A stretch of 64,000 nt of DNA from Tricharina praecox (lineage: Eukaryota). Below the pieces are notes generated by a model. It searched no databases. It worked only from the letters and a program-made list of their open reading frames with translations, and was not told the DNA's origin. Of the stretch, positions 48,087 to 62,514 are shown piece by piece. Made by a program: the position numbers and the translations under genes. The first letter of the stretch is position 1, and every line of letters starts with the position of its first letter. The stretch covers positions 372,001 to 436,000 of the forward strand of contig NW_026250411.1 in NCBI RefSeq assembly GCF_024521635.1, read 5' to 3'.

Positions 48087-51000
48087 CTAACTGCCCTTCC
48101 TTCCCGGCTCGATGCGATCCATCTCCCTCTCCACATCCTCCTTGATCCGTTCCAGGATCCCGCCCAGTCCCTCTCTCCACTCATCCTCGATCATTCCGAC
48201 CTTCTCCTTCAGGTCCTCAGTCAACCGGCGCTCCTCGCGCCTCCCATCGTCACCGTGCACCGCCTCCGCCCTGGCACGGGTGAGTGCACTCTTGACACCA
48301 TGGAGCAGACAGAGCAGGCCCTCGCCCTCCTCGACGCCCAGGCCCCTCATGGCGCCCTCCGTCTCCGCAATCTTCCGTTCGAGGTACCTCATGGGCTGCT
48401 GCACCCACTCTGGGTGTTCCGACGACTCCTCGGGCGGGATGATGGGCACGACGTTCTCGAGGTTGTCGGGGATCTTCTCGAGACACTCCATAACCAGCGG
48501 AGCAACCTCCCAGAAGCGCGAGCGCGCCTCCTCGACGCCGAGCGTCACCTGGTTCTCGGTGAAGTCCATAAACTGCTCGTGGCGGAGGATCTTCTGCTTG
48601 TTAAATTCCGCCAATCGCGTCGCCGCGTCCTGCGTGAAGAATGCCGACGTTGACTGGAAGCGGCTCTGATCGCGCGCGGTGCGCAGCGGCCCAAGGGTGA
48701 GGGATTTGTAGCGTTCATTGCGCTCCGTGAGCATTTCGAACACGCTCTGGTGCAGGGTTTCGCGCACGTCGAAGATCCACTTGAGCGCGGTGAGGTATTC
48801 CAGGAGCTCTGGCTGTTCCTCCGAGTCGGCGGCAAGGTTGGGATTGCGCGCTTTGATGAGCGCGATGAGATCCGAGTAGGCGGCCGTGGCAGCGTTGATC
48901 CGTTCGTGGAGGTCGCGGTGGGCCGGAGTCACGACTTCGACGTCGAACGCTTTGAAATCCTCCTCCTCGGCTTCGTGGTTGATTTTCGTTTCCTCGCGCT
49001 CGAAATCGAGGTTGAGGCGCTCCATCTCATCGTAGTGGAGATCGCCGCGGGAGTAAAGGCGTTGGATCCGTTCAGCTTGACTGATGCGTCGGCGCTGCGA
49101 TTCGGTTACGAACGAGTCTTTGGTCTTGCCAGTTTTCTCGGCGAAACGCTGCTGCAGGTCCTTGAGCATGGTCAGATCGTTGAGAGTGCGGACCAGATCG
49201 CGGAAAACGTCGAGACGCGGATGGCAGTTGTTGATGGCGGGGTATTCTCTGGGCCAGACTGGAAGAAGCGTGAGCAGCGGAGCGATATCGAGGCTTGTCT
49301 TGAGGTTATCTCTTCTCCTAGGAACCCTAGTCCGAGAACTTCCCGGGGCCCGCGATCTACTGCGCGATCCAGCTTTACGGTCCGGGGGATAAACAGTTGA
49401 GTTCAGGTATGAAGCAGCATCATGGCTGATACCCGGACCAGAAGTCAAGCTCCGGGGGCTATTCGCCAATTCTGCGATCTCTTTCAAACTCTGGCGGGGT
49501 TTCTTGGTGAACCTTTTGCTGCGTCGTGGGTATGCGGAGCCATACACACTGTCATTATCGTCGGAACGGACAAGCTCAGAAACAGAACACGATCCGCCGT
49601 CGTCGTTCGAGTTCTCCCACCATCTGGAGCTGGCGCGACCGCGAGAGGACTCTTCTTCTGCGACGCGCTGCTCGTAGGCTGACATCGCCGAGGTGGGGAA
49701 CGAAGCGGCAGTTAGATTTTGTCCCCACCATTGCGTACCCGGACGTGTTTTTTGGTCGGGCGGCGATGACATGTCGATATCTCCATCCCGATCTGCACGC
49801 TGGCGTCCAACAGGCGAAATTGGGGTAAGACTTTCGTGCTCCTCCATGGCAATCACCTGAAGGATTTTGACAACACGTTTCAGATCCGTCGGATCGGCTT
49901 GCGAGTACAACGGCTGTCGTATTTTGCATTCCCTCTCGACGAAGTGCAAGAATATGCGGAGTTTGTCGGCATCTGTATAGGCGGCATCTTCGGCCTGCAA
50001 CATCTCCTTGTATCGACGTCTTGTCTGGTGTATGAAGTCCTCGGGCCCTTCCGGCTCCTTGCCAGTGTCCTTCCTGCTTGGACCTTCGCCATTCGCTTTG
50101 AGTGTGGCATTTGATTCGCGATTATTCAAGCCGGGCGATATCGGCGAGGACTGCTGTGGCGGTGGCGTAGGAAGTTGTGGACCACGGCCTAGATCTTGCG
50201 TGACAAGTTGTGGGCCAACGGGTTTTCTGCGAACTGCTGAACCATTCAGAGCGGGATTCGAATCGCGGTACACTGTGAAGGTGGGACTCGGTTCGGGCTC
50301 GGTGAAACTTTCTATAATGATGCTTTCACGCTCCCTTATCAATTCTAAGGTGTGAGGGGGAGGGGACAATTGCGGCGGGGCGACTTGGGCACAGTTAGCA
50401 TTTTTTGATATGCGGGAGTGGCTTGCGTTGGAGGCCATACCTCTGGCGGGAGTGATGGCTCGCGGCGACGCCGAGAAGGATTGTTGGTTCGGTAATGTAG
50501 CCGCCCTCCTGGGCGAGTCTATTGCCTCTTTCCACGGATTATTATCTTCCCTCCTCTGTCGTTCGCGTTCCTCCTCATGCCGTGGGCTTGCCCTCTGTCT
50601 ACCACTATCCTCCTGTTGCTCCATCTTCCGCTTTGGCGGAACAGCTGGAGGAGGAGAAGACGAAGGAAGAGTCAGAATTTCAGGCACCTCCGGCACCGGT
50701 GGACTCTGTCTACTCCCTACAAAGCCTTGTCTCGTGCTCAATGGTCCGCTGACGGTTCTCTGCCGCTGCATAAGTTGCTGAATCCTGGTCAAACTTTCCG
50801 ATCGCGGCGGGGGGCCAGGTGGTGGCGGCGGTACACCGTTGGCGCCACGCGTCTGACTGTCTTCCCGATGCGCTGATGGAGGCATTGATGCGCTCATCGA
50901 CGCACTCCTGCTAGCTGCGGGTGGAGGACCTGGAGGTGGAGGAGGAACACTGGTTGCATTGGATGATCGCATCTGCGGTGGTGCGGACGGATTCCGGTGT

Positions 51001-52048
51001 GCGTTCGGGGGGATGATCGGGTGTTGAGGTATCTCGGCAGGGAACGACGTCTGTTGAAGCCCGCTCGGTGTGTATGGTCCCTGAACTTGTGCGGTTGGTG
51101 GTGAATATCCTCTTCTCCGGGTAGGAGACTGCCAGTTTTGGGGGCCGACATTCGGCGTCAGCGGGGTAGTTGCCGCCGCCGATCCACCGGTGGGATACCC
51201 ATTGAAACTTTGCAGGCTGCTGGCCGTTGATGGTGTGGGCTGTTGTGATACGTTGTTATTCGGTGACGTAGGTGTTTGATTCTGTGTCCACGTTGTTTGT
51301 CGCTGTGGCGGAGAAACCTGCAGCGCGGAACCACGCGCGGAATGCGGGGGTGAGAGCGGGCCGTTACTACGTGCTGAGAGCGGGCCGTTATGCGGGGGTG
51401 AGAGCGGGCCGTTACTACGTGCCGAGAGCGGGCCGTTACTATGTGCCGAGAGCGGGCCGGGACCACGCGCAGAGTGTGGAGGCGAGTACGGAGGCGGTGG
51501 GACTTGTTCGGTCAGCTTTTCTGTCCTGTGATGCTTCGGACGACGGAGGAGGGAACAAAGCACGCCCGGGAGAGAATAGAGATATCATCGAAAACTGAAA
51601 ACATGGGAGTATCGGGTGCTATTTTGATAACAGACAGGACACACACACACGCATACACATGGTTCGCGTCGATGCGAAATTGTTGGAATGTAACAATATT
51701 ACGAGAAAAAAGATGGAGCACTCTACCTTCCTCGTTCTGTCGAGGCACAAATGCACCCCCGTTTCCAGATAACTGTCCGAATGTCTGCGGATTGTACTGT
51801 CGTCCAGCGCCTCCATCCTCCCCTCGCGTTCTCATAGGACTCGGGCTCGGCCTCCTCAGACTTCCCGGTCCCACGGCGCTGGTCGTCGCCGAATATAGTG
51901 CCGGATTGTACCTGTTGCTGGAGAGCGCGAGTGCGGCGGGCGGCGTACGTGACCGCGCGCGACTGAAGATGGAGGTCGCGGGGGAGATCCCTCGACGTGA
52001 AGTCGGAGGAGGGGCAACAGCCTGCTGGAACGCGTATGGCGATGCCAT
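48087..52048 (-). CDS. Large hypothetical protein (about 1250 aa): Pro/Ser-rich N-terminal half, helical C-terminal domain; probable intron at about 51503-51727
   Basis: 1158-codon open frame. Upstream exon starts MASPYAF. Donor GTAGAG after ...NEE and GCTGAC...AAG acceptor before (V)PPPPYSP. Motifs SRGRASSRWWE and LDIAPLLTLLPVWPREYPAINNCHP. Exon boundaries uncertain. Confidence 0.8.
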
Positions 52049-55000
52049 CTCTATATATCGATACGGGTGGGGTGGGCTTCAACTGCTATATCAGCACTCC
52101 GGGTGATGTGATTGGCGATGCAGACCGTTCGTCCAGGAATGAATCGAGGTCGTGGGGCGTAGGCGTAGGCGTGCTGCTCTGTCGGGATTCCGGATTAACT
52201 GGCCATTCGCGGGTCCGAAGAAGCGTTCCTTGGTTCTCGTTTCGGTTCGCGATGCTGTTTCGACGCGCAGACTCGGATCGAGACGGGGTCGGAATGGGGC
52301 TGTGCAGCGCGGAGGGTGTGGAGGGCGGGGGCACGGGCGCGGAGGGGGGTGGAAGAAAAGAAGTTCGAGAGAATCAGCGAGAACGGGGCGTCTTTTTTTT
52401 TGCGACGAACAAAAGGCACGTCGACTCTCGAGGAACTCTGGTACCCCGCCACTCAGCAGGCAGAGGAGCCGGAGCGCGGAACAGGCAACTCAGACAATCA
52501 ATTCCTCACTGCTCAGTCAGTGCTCACATCCTCACACAGCACCCACAGCACCCAGTGCCAACTGCCCACAGCAACACATGGTTTGTTTGTTGCCTGGGAG
52601 TCTAAAAATAACGCCTAATTGTGGTGTGGGTGGACTCGACGGGGGATTAAAGATTTTTAGGGGGGAAGCGGAGTCATTATGCGCCGGGTATAAATAGCAG
52701 GCCAATCAGGGCAGTGGGGGAGCCTTCTTGACGCCCGTTACCATAATTAGATGGACATCGCCCCTAGAAGGATGCACGAGAAATCGACTGCATCGGATGC
52801 ACGACTACAAAAGGTGCATAGAGTCGGCAATCAGTGGCAGCAGAAACCCCCGGTTTCGTGGAGTCCGGAAGAACAGCATCAGAGCTGCTCCCGGGCTTGG
52901 AATTGCACTTTCGACGGAGAGCCGCAGCGTGACAAATCATGATTCGTGAATTGTCTCGAGTCCTGGCCGTTGCAGTTCACGTGGAGACTTTTCGGGTCAA
53001 ATCTCTGAGAAAAGTGCACATATATGCACTCTGACCTTGTGTAAGTACTAGTACATCACTACCGTGGAGAAGTCCGCAAGAAGGCTACCGTATCACCTCA
53101 CTCAAAGAGGTGATGTCTCGGTATTGCCCGAACGGGAAGTAAAACCCCCAAAAATACAGAATTGTCTTTCATATACCAGAGGCCAAGATGCCAGATACAG
53201 AAAGCCGACTTCCAGACATGGCAATAAATCACTACTCTGCTCGCCTCTCAAGTGAGATATCACAGCAGTCTGATAGCTATGACCACCCGCGGCGAAAACA
53301 CCCAATGGCACCCGTCGGAACCCAAGACAGCGGACGGGAAATCACTCGACTCCTGCGTACTCTACATACACCGAACCGTCACAACCGAAGAAGCATTGCC
53401 AGCCAGCCAGGCCTAGAGTAGTCTGGATGGCCCGTTCGAACGGCACGACCACCATACGAGTTTGAACGGCATCCCTCTTCCATGATGGCAACGATCGCCT
53501 GGTGTTGTTGCATTCCGGAGATCAAGTGTTGGTGGTAATAATGATGGAGGTTGTTGGTTGATGCAAATAGATTCTATGCTCTACTGCTATGAGCAGACCC
53601 TGGACGGCAGCAGTGACGCCTCGGGGGAAAAAACCGAACAATCTCCACCGAAGCCGAAGTTCTCCACCTGCTAGGTATAGTGGTAGTAGGTACATAAGCG
53701 CCCCCAGAAGCGACGTCTAGCTGGCACTGGCAGCCCCATCCAGGCCGGCGGTACCTATCGAGACATCCGGCGATTGGCGTTGTGCTACCTGCTAGTGGGT
53801 ATACAATCCTCGAGACTCTAACTACTCTAGCGAGGAAGCAAGCAAGCAAGCACACTCGACAAATTCTCATGATAATTTCCTCTATGTTTCACTCTGGAGT
53901 ATGTTCGTGAAGAGCCCGCGGTCAGTTATGAGCCCCCACCACTACCAACACATCTACGATCCTCACCTCGGAGAGACATCTCTAATTCCGCTGCTCTCTC
54001 GGAAAGGAAGGAAGGCAGCACATCGCACCTCGCACCTCTAGGAGGGATTCGTTCTCCCCAGAGTCTTCCCGTGTGTTGGTCGGCGGCGCCATGAAGAACT
54101 TGGATCCCCCCCACCGACGCCCTAGGCACCCAGGCCTCTATGCAGCCCCAGGGCGCGGACGAATTTCACCGAGCCAGCTGCCAGCCCGTGTGCGTGAACC
54201 GGTTATCAGACTGCTTCTCTGAGCCTAGTTGGTTACTAAGCGCACTGCTTGACGACACCTGCGTTGCGTTGGGATGGGTTGTGGTTATGTTGCTGTGTTG
54301 CAGTGTTGCAAGATCAGAGTTGCGTTCGTTCTCTTGAGCGTAGCTAGAGTAGAGTATCCCGTTGATGTCCCTCCTCCTCTCAACCGTCGCCATCCAAGTT
54401 ACATATCTCTCCTATTCGAGTACCTAGACTCCGACGTCCGCACTTGCAGGAAAGTTGCGGTATTCACATACCGGTATTCATCCCCAATCTCTCCATGATC
54501 GTCGCGTACTAGTTAGTAGAGTAGAGTAAATCCCCGCCTCGTGGAGTCGTGTATGTAGTCGTGGTGTCATATCGCCCCCCCCTGGCCGGGCGCTAGGAGG
54601 CGGGGAGTCCACCTGGGAGGCTGGCACCTGCCTGTCACCGCAAGGGTATGTACCGGTGGAGGGATGCGAGATCAAGCGGCGCATGGGGTAGCACTCGCGA
54701 GTGCAGGCGAGGTTGGGATTTTAATCGCAGGCCAGGGGGATGGGTACTGGTAGGTGGTTATGGTTATGTAAGCTGGTTTTGCATGTGCATGTGCATGTGC
54801 GTGTGTAATATCTGGTTATGATTGTCTTCACATTTTTCCAAGTTATAACTGGCTCAGTACAAATACGGCTCTAAATAGATCTAAATAGGCTCAAAGGGGC
54901 ACAGTTGATCAACTGGTGTTGATAATAGTTATATAGTTCTTAGGTGCTCCTATGGCTGACCGGCGTGCTCAATAGACAGTCTTCTAGACTTCTAGTATCC

Positions 55001-58000
55001 GCGGCGACGATAGTGTGTTATCGGCGGCGAGCCAGGCCGGGTACTGTAGGACTGCATAGGAGGACAAGGCGAGCCGGTTGTAGGAAGAGCAGGAAGACCA
55101 GAGGATTTCGGATATCGAAGGACGGCGAAGGACAACGATACTTTTCAGCTGTGTGAAGACGAATAGGCCATGGTTACCGCGCTGTCTTCATTGTTCGTTC
55201 AAACGCCGAAAGACACCGCATCAGATTCATACGAAGCACACGGCATGTTGTTCGCTCGTCCGTTCAACACAGACAGCGCCGCTGTGGCAATGCTTGTCCA
55301 TCGCGAGGGTGGCACCCACCAGTTTATAGACATCGAATTCATATTTCCAGCACGGAAAAACCCCCGCGTGGTCTAGTGGTTTAGGCACTAGGCCATGCAA
55401 TCGGCGAGGGGAGTTGAGGGAAAGGTCTCAGGCTCAACCCAAGTCAAGGACCTTTCTATTCAGCTCTTGGGGTTTCCAAGCCACCCACCGGTGGTGGTGA
55501 CTGTTTTTGTTTTTAGGGTGACGGAGGGGGGCACTAGGCATATATCACTCGGTGGTTTCACTTGACACGCCCAAGTCGCGCTACCACCGGCAGAGGAAAC
55601 TCAGAGTTCGCGCTCTTGTGCAAAGTACGTCTTCTCCCTGCACAGCTATCAGTTTTGCCGTCCGTACATACTTGGCGCAGGCCAGTGGCGACTGAGTGTA
55701 ATACCTGGAATCTTCGAGTTGATGACTTGATGTGTACTTAGTACTAGTACAGAACGAATGAAGAGCAATAAGCGACGAACTCGCATAAAGTCCCGGAGAA
55801 GGCTATAGCTGCACTGCCTACCGTTGTATGTAAGCGTTTATCCCGTGGCCGCGCAGCGAATACGCTGCATATACATACGTTTTTTTGGAAAGCGTCGCGG
55901 CCGCTCTCGCAGAATGGCGAGTGACGGGCTGTGATAGTGAACATCAAGCTCGCATTACCTGTTGCGATGGACCGATGGGCGATGGCTGATTCCAGAGGAA
56001 CAAACAGCATATCGAAATGTATGTGCTCCTTCCCCATAAATGGCGATTCCCCACAACGAACGGTTTGGCCGTGACAGTGGCGGGTATACCTTCACTTCCC
56101 CTCCCCCCGACCGCGATGTGCCGTTTCGGGATCGAACCACTTCACCCCGCACACTCTGGAGTCTGCGTGTTGTCCGTCGCTTTCCGTGGAAGCGCCCTGC
56201 CGCTCGCCCGCAGTACGCAGTACGCATCATGCTCCACGTTAGTATCACGTATCGATATATCTATATCGAATAGTTAGCTAAGAGACGGGACAGTGCGCAG
56301 GAGTAGCTAGGTCGGCTTCTGGGTGTCGGAATACTTCCCTACTCCTATTAATTGTGACATGGCCGTGGCTCGAGAGGTGAGAGGTGAGAGGTGAGAGGTG
56401 AGAGGTGAGAGAAGAGGTAAGAGGCAATGGTTAAAAGATCGGTATGTAGCTTGCCGGATGCGTCTGCTGCTGCTGCTATTGGTATCGTATCGAGGCCGAT
56501 GGGTTGTCATGAGTCGTGGCTGCCACACCCCCACAGTCCCACCCGCCGATGGATAGTACCGTACTCGAGTGACCGGATAGACGAGGGAAGGGAAGAGAAG
56601 GAATGAATTCCTCAGTCTCCTCTTCGAGCCGCCACCACCAGCGCGGCGGATAACGGACACCTTTATGGGGAAGTAATTAATACTCGACAAACATCATACT
56701 GCGGAGTTGAAGTGCGTAGGAAGCTGGAATAGGTTATTGAGCCATAGGTGGTTCTCTCACCCCTCCCCCATTTTCCACTTGGTGGTAATTCATCGGTTCG
56801 CTAGTAGTAGTAACAGCTATGCTTCAGTTCAAGACCGTGACAAGATTTTGATGATGTATTATGTCTCAACGGCCACCGTATGGATCAGTCGACCACGGGG
56901 CCACCAGTGCTCGGGAGTCGGGTATAACTGAGGGCCGAGAGGTGATCTAGGCACCGCATCGAACCCACATGGTAAACAGCCAAGCGAGACCGTCATTACG
57001 CCCTTCATCGGTTCCTACATGCCCTGTATTAGTTACCCCTCACCCCCACCCACGCTACCGCCGAGCCGAAATCATCTATCATCTATCATCTACACACCAG
57101 GACCTGGGCTGACACTCCGCTTCCACGCGAGGACGGAAGGAAGACAGCGAAGACAGCGAAGGCATGCATGATGGGCCCAAGGCTCAAGCAAGTCCCACGA
57201 GATTCCAGTACCGGTTAGGTAGCTCAAACACTCGGGAGGAGGCATTCAGGGCAGGGCGGGGAGGGATCGATCTACGGGTGGCTGCAGTCGTACTAAGCAA
57301 ATTTCCAGGCTCCTCTGGAGGGGGGAGAGGGGGGGGGGTCCAAGCTACATACATACGAGCTTCCGTTGCCGGCAACCGTGATATTCTCGTGCGGAGGCTT
57401 GTCCGTGGTGGTGGTGGTGGTGGTGGTGGTGGTGGTGGTGTCGAATTCTCCTTGAAAATATTGCCCTTCTCGGTGATGGGATCGAGAACCTCGCGGTCTC
57501 CGAGTTGACACATGCCATCTGCGGAGGTGCCGTGTACGTAGGGAGGGAAGGAGGGATCCGAGTTCTGGCCAGACGTTCATGTGATATCGTCGACAACGAT
57601 GTTACGTATGGGAATCGAGACGTCCCTGATCGTCAGATACGTTGTACGCGGTACTCCAGATCTACCGTAGGAACACACCTAAGTTCTCCAGAATCATAAA
57701 CATCAGGGGAAATACGAGGTCGAGATGACTAATCCGTCGTATCCGCGACCACCCCCTCAACGAGCGAAAGCGATGGACCAGTCCACTCATCGACTGATAC
57801 TCGGCCGGCCTGTTGATCCGGAATTCCACGCGCGCCGGGTTAAACCCTAAAAGGGGAATTGCATCTGCGCAGTATGGAGAGCACAGCAGCGCGAAAGAAA
57901 AGCCCTTGCTATTATTTTTTACTTTTTGCTTCTGGTCAGTGGTCAGTGGTGCTATTGCTGATAGCGCTGACGATTGAGGTTTCGGATAGATAAACGGTAT

Positions 58001-59393
58001 CTACAGCGTGAAACGTGAAATATGCATTACCATCGGAATCCCGCAACACAACAGATGATGGGGAAGAAGATGGGAGAAGAAGAAGAGGAATAAGCAACGA
58101 ATGGTACTTCCGTATAGGCAATTTATGCACTTATGTGCCAGCACGAGCCTCCCCGGTGTAGCAGGTTGAGTGGGGCGGCTGTGTAGGCGGCAAACTACTA
58201 AGGGCCTTACGGAAGGCGGAAGGCTGTGGTGGTGCCTTTGCGACGGAGCCGAGCGACTTTATTGCGGAACCCAGCGACTGTAAATATTAGTGCTGAGCCC
58301 AGCGGAGCGGCCCGTTAATGTCGCTCTGATGCTTGGTTGGCGATGGTACTTATAGACTCCCACCTATTCGGGAGTGCAACTCACATGTGGTGACAAAGGG
58401 TCTCATTCGGCTTCGATTGCCAAACTGCTATTCCATGATGCCACTCGATATTGGAGATGTTTCCTCAAAGTTGCTTCTTCGACGGTCACACGCCTCGTGC
58501 TCTGTCTCTTCCCCGATGAGCCACTGCACGGATCCGTAGTCCGATCGTCAGGACGTTCATGTTGGCGGCGTACGGATGGCTGGCTGTGGTCACCTATTGC
58601 TGCTTCTCGACCACGGCATCGCTATCTGGTCGTTCAGGACCAATCACCATCACCACCGCCAGCCCACCGGCACCACCACAGACCTCGTACGAGACAGCTG
58701 TTCTTGCCTGCTGGAGTCGCAAGCCGAAAACGGCAAGACAGCGGAGCCGATTGATCGTGAGAGTCCGAGAAGGTTCGAACCGAGATCATTTGCGCTTCTA
58801 CATAAGCCGGTGCTGGTCGTCATCAGTCGAAGTCGGATTCTCTGTGGCGATATCACCATCCGTTATTCCTTCCAGCACTCGAGGAAATTCTCCGACCCGC
58901 TACACAGGTCTCGATCCCTGCAGCCGGCAGCACCTTATTTTACTTTTACCTCGTTGAATTGCATCGCTGTTCCTGGTCCGTTCCTGCATCTTGCCTCGCC
59001 TCTGGTTTCCTACCCTCCCGTTCGGGTTGGCGCCGTGTGATAGTTTGTGGCGGCGGCTCAGCTTCCCCACAACAATAAAACATATATTTGCACCCACCGG
59101 CTCCCCTTCAACTCCCACGCCTTCACCTGTCTCTCTCCCACACATTCCAACCCCTCTCGCTCGCATTCCTTTGCTCTCCCACTCCACTCCCTTGAAGGGC
59201 CCTACACACTCTTTTCAAACCCCCTTCGTTCTTTCCACTGCGCCTGGTCGCTCTGTAATTCTCTTCTTCTCGTACTCCCTCAATAAAACCCGGGCCTCCA
59301 ACCCATTCATTCATTCTTTTCCATCCTCTCGCTACCAAAGAAAATCCTCCCAAACCTCCTTCACCGAAACCGCTACAAAGCATCACATACAAC

Positions 59394-60983
59394 ATGAAGC
59401 TTTTAGATGCCATCATGACCAGCGCCGCCGCTTTGATGGCGGTGCTGCCCATGGTCGACGCATTCTTCCGCATCCCGTGTGGAGGTCCCTTGCTTCGTGA
59501 GAGGTCAGTAGTTGTTCTACATCCCAGTGTGGTGCAGCGCACATCTGACAAACTGCCGCAGGGCTGATCCGATCGTCAATCCCGGTGCGGTTTCTAACCA
59601 CCTTCACAACATTGTCGGAGGCAATGGCTTCGACTTCACCATGACCTATGCGAAGTCCATCGCTGCTACCTGTACCACCTGTAAGGTTGTCCAGGACAAG
59701 AGTAACTACTGGATCGTGAGTCGCCCGTGTGTTGGTGATTGTTCTTAGTAGCCCGCTGGACTTGTTTACTGACTCTGTGACCAACAGCCCGATCTCTATG
59801 TGTATGTTTCTTTGTGAGGAATCCTTGGTGTGCTTCACAACTGACCTACCGTCACAGCCAGGCGAGAAACGGCTCTTTCCACAACGTCGGAAATGGCGGT
59901 GCTACCATCTACTACCTCCAGCGTAGGGATACGCCTACTGAACAGCTTTACGCCTTCCCCGAGGGCTTCCGTATGCTTGCCGGTGACCCCATGCGTCGTT
60001 CGCTCAGTGGTGCGGGTATCGAACAGAAAGGGATTAGCTATGCCTGTCTCGGAGGTACCACTGGAGAGACTGGCACCATCCCCAACTCCAAGTGTCCTTA
60101 GTAAGTTGATTGAACTACTGTTTGTTAGCTGGTCAGAGGGAAGAGTTGGCTGATCAAATATAGCGGTCTTCGTATTCAGATCGTGATGCCCAGCTGCTGG
60201 GACGGCAAGAACGTCGACTCACCGGACCACAGGTCGCACGTTGCTTACCCTAGCGACAACAACAATGGCAAGTGCCCATCGACCCATCCCAAGCGCCTCG
60301 TCACACTCTTCTACGAGTTCCTTTACGACATCAAGACATGGGACAGCGAGTGGGTCAACGACAAGCACCCCTTCGTCCTCTCCAACGGCGACCGCGAGGG
60401 CCTCTCCCTGCACGGCGACTTCGTCTCCGGCTGGAACCCGGCGGTCCTGCAAAAGGCCATCAACGAGTGCAACGCCGAGAGCGGCAACGTCGAGGACTGT
60501 CCGGTGCTCAAGCTTCAAGAGAACAAGGCGATGGACGACTGCATGGTCCCACCCTCAATCAAGGAACAGACCGAAGGCTGGCTCCCCAAGCTCCCCGGCT
60601 GCAACCCGATCCAGCTCGGCCCTGCGCGCGCCATCCAGCCCCCCAACTGCGGCGCCGTCACCACCATCGGTCCGAAGCAGACATACTCCACGGACGTGAG
60701 CTCGAAGGGCTGGACCTACGTCGGCTGCGCTTTCGACGACCTGGGCGCGCGCACCCTCCCCTACCGCTACGCCAAGAACGATATGACCGTGCCAAAGTGC
60801 ATCGACCACTGCACCAGCAAGGGATATACCTACGCTGGACTCGAGTACGCTGAGGAGTGCTTCTGTGGCTACGCCGTGGCCCCCAGCCGCCTCACCGCCC
60901 TCAAGTGTACCATGAAGTGTGCCGGTGATAAAACTCAGTACTGCGGTGGACCACAAAAGCTGTCGATTTACAAGAAGAAGTAG
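59394..60983 (+). CDS. Secreted DUF1996 + C-terminal WSC domain protein (multi-exon, 14-nt microexon 59788-59801)
   Basis: Signal peptide. R|ADPIVNPG..SNHLH, DKSNYW, FPEGFRMLAGDP, MPSCWDG, SHVAYP, CPSTHP, HGDF (DUF1996). MTVPKCIDHC..GYTYAGLEYAEECFCG...CAGDKTQYCGG (WSC). Confidence 0.93.
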
Positions 60984-61755
60984 TAGGTTGAGCTGTAACT
61001 GAGCATGGGTTGATAGTTGATCGTGTTTTCTTTCTTCATTTTCTTCATTTTCCTCATTTTCTCATTTTCATTTGCATTTCTCCATTTTCTCCATTTTAGT
61101 GCAAACGCTTCGTTTCTAGGCGCTTAGGCGGTTGGCTACTTCTTTCACGGTGTTGTTCTCCTGCTTTCACACTATTTTTTCTCATATACCATTGGGCGTT
61201 GGAAGGGGGGGGGGGGATATGGGAGTTTCATATCCTGCGCAAAGTCACGGTAGCGGAAACACAAGGCAAACTTCAAAGGCAGCTGTTCAAACCCGTTAGT
61301 AGTTACTAGCACCTACCTCGCGCTGTTCGCTGTTCGCTGTTCACCGTAGGTGGAACTCTGTCTCCCGTACCTGTGTACGATGTGAATTTGATGTGATGTG
61401 ATCTGATGTGAGCTGGAATGTTGTGTCCAGGAGGTGCTGTACTACTACTACTGGAATACAGCACCAATTCCCGTGTTGCCTGTTTACTCCGGCAGTGTTT
61501 GGTTACCCCCCGCGGGCCAACGCAGCCATCGATGACAGATGGCAGCAACAGCGGCGCTCACGAAATATCACTCACCCGCCCCCCCAATCACATATGCACA
61601 AAAAGTATGAGTGTATGAGTGTATGAGTGTATGAGTACTCCGAACCGCCATGCATTAAATCCCCCTCCCCTCCACTCCCTCCGAAGCCGCAAGTTCAAAG
61701 CCGCAAGCCGCAAGCCGCAAGTTCTAGCACGTACCTACATCTAACATCGCCCCCC

Positions 61756-61831
61756 TTCTTCTTCTTCCTTCTTCTTCTTCCTTCTTCTTCTTCCTTCTTC
61801 TTCATCTTCTTCTTCTTCTTCTTCTTCTTCT
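61756..61831. repeat. (CTT)n-type microsatellite; other simple repeats are (GT)n 599-623, (AC)n 2128-2154 and 48043-48077, (CAC)n 38943-38979, (GGT)n 57406-57440
   Basis: Directly readable. Confidence 0.9.
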
Positions 61832-62514
61832 CAGTACTATGTAACTCCTGCCCCACCCCTCCTCCTCCCCTCCGAACCCTTCAAAATCTCTAGCAAGAAA
61901 ATCAAGAAAAGCAAGAAAGAAAGAAAAGAGAAAAGAAAGAAAGTGAAAAAAATCTGTACCATTTCAGTTCATCCACCCTCCACCCTCTGCCCTCCGTTCT
62001 TCAGTACATGAGTATGAGCAAGCAAGCAAAAACAAATCGGAGAAAGAGAATTGAAGGTATTGAACTGAACTATCACCCCCCCTATCCGCGTCCTCCTCCT
62101 GCCATAATGCACAGCCTCCCACTACCCCTCCCCTCCAAATCGTCGAAGAATCTTAACGTTATAGGTGAAAAGAAAAAGTGAGAAAAAAAAGTGAGAAAAA
62201 AAAAGAACTCCCCTCAAATGAAGCCGCAAATGCCGAACGCAGCAAACAAGAAAAGAAAAGAAAAGGGAAAGGAAAACGAAAAAGATATCACAAAACAAGA
62301 GAAGAAAAAACAGAAAACACCACCACCTAAGTTTCCTCCACATACACGAAGTATCCGTCCGTCCATCCAGCCAACACAACAAGCCCCAGCACAACAACAA
62401 CCAAGAAAAGAAGTAGAAGAAGGGGGGGGGGGGAAGATATTACAAGGTCGTTGTTTTTTTTCTTCGTTCATCATCCGTCAATATCGTTATCGAACACGTT
62501 CCTCAGCCTCAGCC

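Noticed and set aside
48015..50781. Long plus-strand ORFs (for example 48015-48653 and 48750-49400)
   Set aside because: They are antisense shadows of the GC-rich minus-strand gene. The same applies to ORFs opposite the xylanase, patatin, transporter, CBM14 and kinase genes.
57836..57856. GGGTTAAACCCTAAA resembling a telomere repeat or telomerase template
   Set aside because: A single short match with no tandem array or supporting structure.
52600..59300. Many short ORFs in the long region between the large hypothetical gene and the DUF1996-WSC gene
   Set aside because: No coding bias, splice-supported model or motif. I recognised no tRNA, rRNA or snRNA here or elsewhere in the window.
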